Source of the DNA: Candidatus Paceibacter sp.
GTDB lineage: Bacteria; Patescibacteriota; Patescibacteriia; S139-126
DNA length: 64,000 bases
NCBI GenBank assembly: GCA_020724865.1
Contig: DYGA01000004.1
Location: forward strand, 6,351 to 70,350
Reading direction: 5' to 3'
Shown here: piece after piece, positions 56,850 to 64,000 of the stretch
Position numbering within the stretch: the first letter of the stretch is position 1
How the letters are laid out: each line of letters starts with the position of its first letter
Program-made: the position numbers and the translations under genes
Notes under the pieces: generated by a model
What the model was told of the DNA's origin: nothing
Database searches by the model: none
What the model saw: only the letters and a program-made list of their open reading frames with translations

Positions 56850-57355
56850 TATTTTATATTATCAGGATAAAATTCTTTAAAATTATCCAAAATTTCATGT
56901 AAATTTTTCATGACCAACTGTTGAGATTCGATTCCTTTTAAGGTAAAAATTTTTTTGGCTGCCACAAAAGTATCAAGCTCCGGATATTTATCAAGTAAAT
57001 AATAGACTTTTTTTATGCCTTTTTGAGCAATTAATTTAGCACATTCATTACAACTACTTAAAGTAATATAGATGCGGCAATCTGATAAATCTGATTTAAT
57101 AGCATTTAAAATTGCATTAGCTTCAGCATGAACGACATAAGGGTATTTAGTATTCATAAATTCACCCTCTCTGGACCAAGAAAGTTTAGTTTCATCAATG
57201 CCGGCTACAAAACCATTATAACCAGTTCCGACTATATGATTATGATTATCCACAATCACTGCTCCCACTTTGGAAGATGGATCTTTACTGCGAAATGAAG
57301 TGAATATTGCCAATCCCATAAAATATTCATCCCAGGAAAGATTATCTTTTTTCAT
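56849..57355 (-). CDS. dCMP deaminase (CMP/dCMP-type zinc deaminase)
   Basis: Zinc motifs HAEANAI and SCNECAKLI (PCxxC-type). Confidence 0.8.
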   Translation of the reverse strand: MKKDNLSWDEYFMGLAIFTSFRSKDPSSKVGAVIVDNHNHIVGTGYNGFVAGIDETKLSWSREGEFMNTKYPYVVHAEANAILNAIKSDLSDCRIYITLSSCNECAKLIAQKGIKKVYYLLDKYPELDTFVAAKKIFTLKGIESQQLVMKNLHEILDNFKEFYPDNIK

Positions 57356-57414
57356 AATTTTTTATACACAATATTTTCTTAATTTTACATATTTATTTGT
57401 TTTTGAGCAAATAA

Positions 57415-57444
57415 AAACTAGCCCTTGAATTGGGCTAGATGATT
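57415..57444 (-). terminator. intrinsic terminator (minus strand) after the 57445..57864 gene
   Basis: Hairpin ctagccc-ttgaatt-gggctag (57418-57438), followed on the minus strand by tttttatttgctc. Confidence 0.55.
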
Positions 57445-57864
57445 TTATTTTAATTTGTTTATTAGTATATCAATGGCTTCAGTATAGTCAATATCCGCCG
57501 GGAAAAACAACTCAAACAACTCAATCGATGATTGCAAAAAAAACTTTTTATCAATTTTTTCAGATGAGTTAATATCAAGAGATATTATTTGTTTATTTAC
57601 ATCCGACGAAATATATTTATTTTTTGGTGATTCTGTATTTTTTAAAATACCTCTTTTTTTTATACTTTGCTCACTTTGAATCAACCATTTATTATCGCCT
57701 ACCGGCAAGATAATCAATTTAGGTGAAGTCACCCGGCCATACTTAATTAAATCATGAACTTTGGGTTTGACACAAAACGTTTCCGGATCAATCCAAACCC
57801 GATGAAAAAACTTACCTTCAAAAACATTATCCTGATTGAGGATAAAAATGACTTTTAATTGCAT
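57445..57864 (-). CDS. hypothetical protein (139 aa)
   Basis: No recognised motif. Confidence 0.4.
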   Translation of the reverse strand: MQLKVIFILNQDNVFEGKFFHRVWIDPETFCVKPKVHDLIKYGRVTSPKLIILPVGDNKWLIQSEQSIKKRGILKNTESPKNKYISSDVNKQIISLDINSSEKIDKKFFLQSSIELFELFFPADIDYTEAIDILINKLK

Positions 57865-57948
57865 TACCTGCTCCTTTTTTAAATGTACAAATAATTAATT
57901 GCAAATGGAATCCCGCTAAAATTAGGCGGGATTAATATCTGCCATCAA

Positions 57949-58629
57949 TTATACTTTAACTTTTATACCTGGACCCATGCTGGTTGCTAAGGTAACTGAT
58001 TTGATGTAAGTGCCTTTAATATCTTCCGGTTTAGCTCTTTTTATTTCTTCCATAACTGCCATAAAATTTTCCTTCAATTTATCTACGCCCATACTAACCT
58101 TGCCTAAAGATAAATGGATATTGCCATTTTTATCATTTTTAAATGAAATTTTACCTTTATTCAATTCGTTAATTGTTTTTACAACATCGGTTGTAACAGT
58201 TTCAGATTTTGGATTGGGCATTAAGCCTTTGGGACCTAAAACTTTGGCAATTTTTGCTAACTCTTTCATCATATCAGGAGTGGCAATAGCTAAATCAAAA
58301 TTTACCTTGCCGCTCTTTTTAATTTCTTCTATCAACTCCACACCACCAACAATTGTTGCTCCTAATTTTTTAGCATCAGCTGCAGCTTTACCTTCAGCAA
58401 ATACCGCAATATTTTTTTTCTTACCACTACCATGGGGCGGAACTACAGTTCCTCTAATCTGTTGTTCTCCTTTTTTTGGATCAATATTCAAATTCAAATG
58501 CAATTCAACCGCTGAATCAAATTTGGTAATAGCTGTTTTTATTACCAAATCAAAAGCTTCATCAATTGAATAACTTTTACCTTTTTCAATCAGCTGCGCA
58601 GCAGCTAAATACTTTTTTCCTGATTTCAT
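57949..58629 (-). CDS. rplA: 50S ribosomal protein L1
   Basis: KYLAAAQLIEKGKSYSIDEAF, ..HLNLNIDPKKGEQQIRGTV.., canonical L1. Confidence 0.92.
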   Translation of the reverse strand: MKSGKKYLAAAQLIEKGKSYSIDEAFDLVIKTAITKFDSAVELHLNLNIDPKKGEQQIRGTVVPPHGSGKKKNIAVFAEGKAAADAKKLGATIVGGVELIEEIKKSGKVNFDLAIATPDMMKELAKIAKVLGPKGLMPNPKSETVTTDVVKTINELNKGKISFKNDKNGNIHLSLGKVSMGVDKLKENFMAVMEEIKRAKPEDIKGTYIKSVTLATSMGPGIKVKV

Positions 58630-58680
58630 AAATTTATAAGGTGGTTATAACGGCTAATATTGCCTCCCACCAATTAATAA

Positions 58681-59106
58681 TTAATCTTTAATGACAATGC
58701 CCATTTGGCGAGCTGTGCCGCTAATAATACGTTTTGCTCCTTCTAAATCTTTGGCATTCAAATCGGGCATTTTTATTTTAGCTATTTCTTCTACCTGGGC
58801 ACTAGTTATAGTACCAACTTTATCTTTCAATGGACTACCTGAACCTTTTTGAATCCCAGCGGCTTTTTTTAAAAGCTCAGCAGCTGGCGGAGTTTTAACA
58901 ACAAAATCAAAACTACGATCTTCATAAACAGTAATAACTACGGGCAATACACTCCCCATCTTATCTTTGGTAGCTTCATTGTATTTGGTACAAAAATCTT
59001 GAATAGCTACACCGTGTTGCCCTAAAGCAGGACCAACTGGTGGCGCTGGATTAGCTTGTCCAGCTTGAATTTGTAATTTTATTATTGCTTTTACTGGTTT
59101 AGCCAT
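58681..59106 (-). CDS. rplK: 50S ribosomal protein L11
   Basis: [33 protein letters not shown], canonical L11. Start at the internal Met (59106). Confidence 0.92.
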   Translation of the reverse strand: MAKPVKAIIKLQIQAGQANPAPPVGPALGQHGVAIQDFCTKYNEATKDKMGSVLPVVITVYEDRSFDFVVKTPPAAELLKKAAGIQKGSGSPLKDKVGTITSAQVEEIAKIKMPDLNAKDLEGAKRIISGTARQMGIVIKD

Positions 59107-59179
59107 ATATATTCTTCTCTTTTGAAAGACAAACAAGAAGCTTTCCTAAAAGGAATATTTGTCTTTCTTAATTAATAAA

Positions 59180-59725
59180 TTAAATTTTTTTAATTTGTAA
59201 AAAATCTAGCTCTACTGGCGTTTCCCGTCCAAAAATCGAAATCAAAACTTTAACTTTACCTCTAGCTTCATCTATTTCGGCAATTTTACCCTCATAATCC
59301 TTAAAAGGACCGTCGACAATCCTAACTGGAGTATCAATATTGACGTCAATTTTATATTTAGGCTCTTCAACACCCATCCGTTTTTGTAATTCTTGTATTT
59401 CCTTTTCGGAAATTGGTGTGGGAATATTTCCCGCTCCAATAAAACCGGTAACATTCGGCGTATTCCTTACCACATACCAAGAATCATCAGTCACTATCAT
59501 ATTAACCATTACATATCCAGGAAATATTTTTTCTCTAACGGTTTTACGTTTTCCATTTTTTATCTTAATTTTCGTTTCGGTAGGAATCATAATATCAAAA
59601 ATTTTATCTTCCATATCCATAGATTCAATCCTTTGCCGTAAATTTCTGGCAACATTTTCTTCATAACCAGAATATGTATGTAAGACGTACCAACGTTTGC
59701 CTTGATTAAGTTGTTGTTTTGCCAT
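59180..59725 (-). CDS. nusG: transcription termination/antitermination factor NusG
   Basis: NGN domain (RWYVLHTYSGYEENV) and KOW motif (GPFKDYEGKIAEID). Confidence 0.88.
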   Translation of the reverse strand: MAKQQLNQGKRWYVLHTYSGYEENVARNLRQRIESMDMEDKIFDIMIPTETKIKIKNGKRKTVREKIFPGYVMVNMIVTDDSWYVVRNTPNVTGFIGAGNIPTPISEKEIQELQKRMGVEEPKYKIDVNIDTPVRIVDGPFKDYEGKIAEIDEARGKVKVLISIFGRETPVELDFLQIKKI

Positions 59726-59736
59726 AAAGATTAAAC

Positions 59737-59925
59737 TTAAATACTAAGTATTTTTTCTAAACCTAGATTTAAAAAGAAATCAACAGCTCCCAAAAAAATT
59801 GCAGTCAATAAAGAAATAACTATTACCAATATGGAACTTTTTATGGTTTCTTTTTTAGTCGGCCAGCTGACTTTTTTTAATTCAGCTTTAGAATCTATAA
59901 AATATTGAATTAATTTATTTGCCAT
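59737..59925 (-). CDS. secE: preprotein translocase subunit SecE
   Basis: 62 aa, single C-terminal TM with KVSWPTKKETIKSSILV, in canonical position upstream of nusG. Confidence 0.75.
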   Translation of the reverse strand: MANKLIQYFIDSKAELKKVSWPTKKETIKSSILVIVISLLTAIFLGAVDFFLNLGLEKILSI

Positions 59926-60074
59926 ATATTGGCTAATATTAAATAAAAATTAAGTTTTTTAAAAGCCCTTTCCTGGGGGCTTTTATAAAACTAAAATAAT
60001 TATATCAAATTTACCAAATCTGGCAAGTTTATTAAAAACCTACTGAAGAATTTAAAGTTATTATTAATTTTGAT

Positions 60075-62105
<2,031 letters not shown>

Positions 62106-62113
62106 TTATAAAT

Positions 62114-63997
62114 TTAACTTCTTAAAACACCTTGCAATTGCTGGTTTAATTTTTTTAAAATTTTATCTACTTCTTTTTCTACCTCCTTCATTTGTAATGT
62201 TTTATTGGGATCTGAAAAAGTTAAAGTAAAAGCAATTGATTTTTTATCTAGTCCAATTTTATCACCTACATAAATATCAAATAAATTTACCTCTCTAACC
62301 AAATCACTAGCGGTAAAAATATTTTTCTCAATATCTTGCCATTTTACATCTTGGGGAAAAACTACTGCTAAATCATATATCACCGCGGGATATTTAGGTA
62401 AAGGACTATAATTGTAACCAGTGGTTATAAATTTAACTAATGCTTCAAAATCAATTTCCCAAGCACTAACAAACTGAGAGATATCAAAAAATTTTAATTT
62501 GTCATCTGCGACACAAAAAACTTTACCCACGATATTGTTATTCACCTGTAAAGTTAAAATATTCTTATTGGCCAGAACATCATCACCACCTGGCACCAAT
62601 TCCCAATTGGACAATTTTAAATGATTACATATTGCTTCCACTGCACCTTTAGCTTGAAAAAATACTTGTTCTTTTTTGCCCGTAAAAACACCAGCTAAAT
62701 AATAAGGTTGCCAAATTAATTCCCCTGTTAAATTACCCCCTCTTCTAAATTCACTTAATCTATCAGCCATAAAAACGCGGCCTAATTCAAATAAACCAAA
62801 ATCTTTTTGTTTATGTTCATTGGCCGCAACATTGGCCAATAAACCTGGCAATAATGATTTGCGCAAATGAGTAAACTCACTAGAAATACTATTTTTTATA
62901 TTGACCATTGTTGTAAAATCATAACCCAAATTAGCATATTTTTCATTGGTAAAAGAATAATTTATAACCTCATATAAGCCCAAGCCATAAGCAAGTAACT
63001 TTTTTATTTTATTTTCATTGGACTTTAAAATTGACTTTTGTGGTGAAGTCAATTTAACAACTGGTAAATCAGGTTTAAATTTATCATAACCATATATACG
63101 AGCTACTTCTTCAATGATATCTTCTGGCTTTGTGACATCAGCTAAACTTCTATATACTGGCGGTATAATTGTAAATTTTTTAGATTTAATTTTTACCACA
63201 AAACCCAAACGCTTTAAAATATTTGAAATATCTTCAGGTGTAATATTAAAACCTAAACGATTTTGAATAAAATTCAAATCTGTCTTTATTTCCACTGGTT
63301 TATTTTTGTATTTATATACGTCATTTATATCGCCAATCCGTACATTGGGCTGAATTTTTTTTAACAAAAATAATATTCTACGCATGGCAATTTCCGCTCG
63401 TTCTGGTTCTATGCCTTTCTCAAAACGCACAGCACTATCAGTTCGTAAATTATAATTCCTAGCTGCCTGACGAATAGTAATCGGATTAAAACAAGCTGAT
63501 TCAAAAACTATTTCAGTCGTATTTTGATTTATTCCGGATTCCTGCCCGCCCATAACTCCAGCCAAAGCAATCGGCTTTTTATTATCAGCTATCACTAAAG
63601 TATTTTCATCCAATCTTATTTCTGAGTTATCAAGCGTAACTATTTTTTCACCAATAACTGCTTTTCTAACAATAATTTGATGTCCAGATATTTTTTTTAA
63701 ATCAAAAGCATGCAAAGGCTGGCCAGTTTCAAACATAACATAATTAGTTAAATCAACTATATTATTGATAGATTTTTGGCCAACTGACTCTAATCTTTTT
63801 TTCAACCAAATGGGAGAAGGACCAACCTCAACACCAGTAATAACTACACCCAAATAACGACGGCAATCAGTCGGAGATTTTATTTTAACTTTAATTTTTT
63901 GTTCTGATTTTTTTTCAATTTTACCCAAATCTAATTCTTTATAAGGCCGGTTATATATAGCGGCTAATTCTCGAGCAATCCCCATATGACCCCACAA
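62114..63997 (-). CDS. pheT: phenylalanyl-tRNA synthetase beta subunit (N-terminus beyond window end)
   Basis: B3/B4, B5 and FDX anticodon-binding-like C-terminal regions. The ORF is open to the window edge, so it is 5'-truncated by the window. Confidence 0.88.
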   Translation of the reverse strand: MWGHMGIARELAAIYNRPYKELDLGKIEKKSEQKIKVKIKSPTDCRRYLGVVITGVEVGPSPIWLKKRLESVGQKSINNIVDLTNYVMFETGQPLHAFDLKKISGHQIIVRKAVIGEKIVTLDNSEIRLDENTLVIADNKKPIALAGVMGGQESGINQNTTEIVFESACFNPITIRQAARNYNLRTDSAVRFEKGIEPERAEIAMRRILFLLKKIQPNVRIGDINDVYKYKNKPVEIKTDLNFIQNRLGFNITPEDISNILKRLGFVVKIKSKKFTIIPPVYRSLADVTKPEDIIEEVARIYGYDKFKPDLPVVKLTSPQKSILKSNENKIKKLLAYGLGLYEVINYSFTNEKYANLGYDFTTMVNIKNSISSEFTHLRKSLLPGLLANVAANEHKQKDFGLFELGRVFMADRLSEFRRGGNLTGELIWQPYYLAGVFTGKKEQVFFQAKGAVEAICNHLKLSNWELVPGGDDVLANKNILTLQVNNNIVGKVFCVADDKLKFFDISQFVSAWEIDFEALVKFITTGYNYSPLPKYPAVIYDLAVVFPQDVKWQDIEKNIFTASDLVREVNLFDIYVGDKIGLDKKSIAFTLTFSDPNKTLQMKEVEKEVDKILKKLNQQLQGVLRS

Positions 63998-64000
63998 ATC

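Overview
This window is AT-rich (roughly 30% GC by eye) and very gene-dense, with most genes on the minus strand. It looks like a reduced genome of the Patescibacteria/CPR type or similar. The evidence is compact overlapping genes, type IV pilin-like genes, a DUF3048 lipoprotein and a minimal metabolic gene set. This assignment is inference only.

Identifiable housekeeping content:
- Ribosomal proteins: rplL, rplJ, rpsB, rpmE, rplY, rplA, rplK.
- Translation and transcription factors: tsf, prfA with prmC, nusG, secE.
- Lower glycolysis: two tandem gpmI paralogs, eno, pgk, gap.
- Replication and topology: dnaE, gyrB.
- Aminoacyl-tRNA and tRNA modification: thrS preceded by a T-box leader with a Thr specifier, pheT (partial), gatB, miaB, miaA.
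- Thymidylate/dNTP module: dut, thyA, folA, tmk, dCMP deaminase and a P-loop kinase.
- Envelope and other: mltG, ftsW/rodA-like, pcm, pyrH, a mannose-1-P guanylyltransferase, and several envelope or secreted proteins.

I found no tRNA or rRNA genes, no CRISPR array and no transposase or integrase.

The most unusual locus is a translationally coupled minus-strand operon at 20528-25232. It reads, in transcription order, Leu/Phe-type amino-acid dehydrogenase, then a PaaK/F390-synthetase-like adenylating enzyme, then an E1/ThiF-like enzyme with an N-terminal extension, then a nitroreductase-family flavoenzyme, followed immediately by a sensor histidine kinase. This combination does not match a textbook pathway, and I flag it as a candidate undescribed small-molecule or peptide-modification system.

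Other points of note:
- A lipoprotein plus an OMP-like beta-rich protein ending in Phe.
- A PP2C-like pseudophosphatase fused through a transmembrane segment to an extracellular repeat domain.
- A pilin gene embedded between eno and pgk.
- An acidic 45-aa micro-ORF with its own promoter and terminator.
- Split ribosomal-protein clusters.
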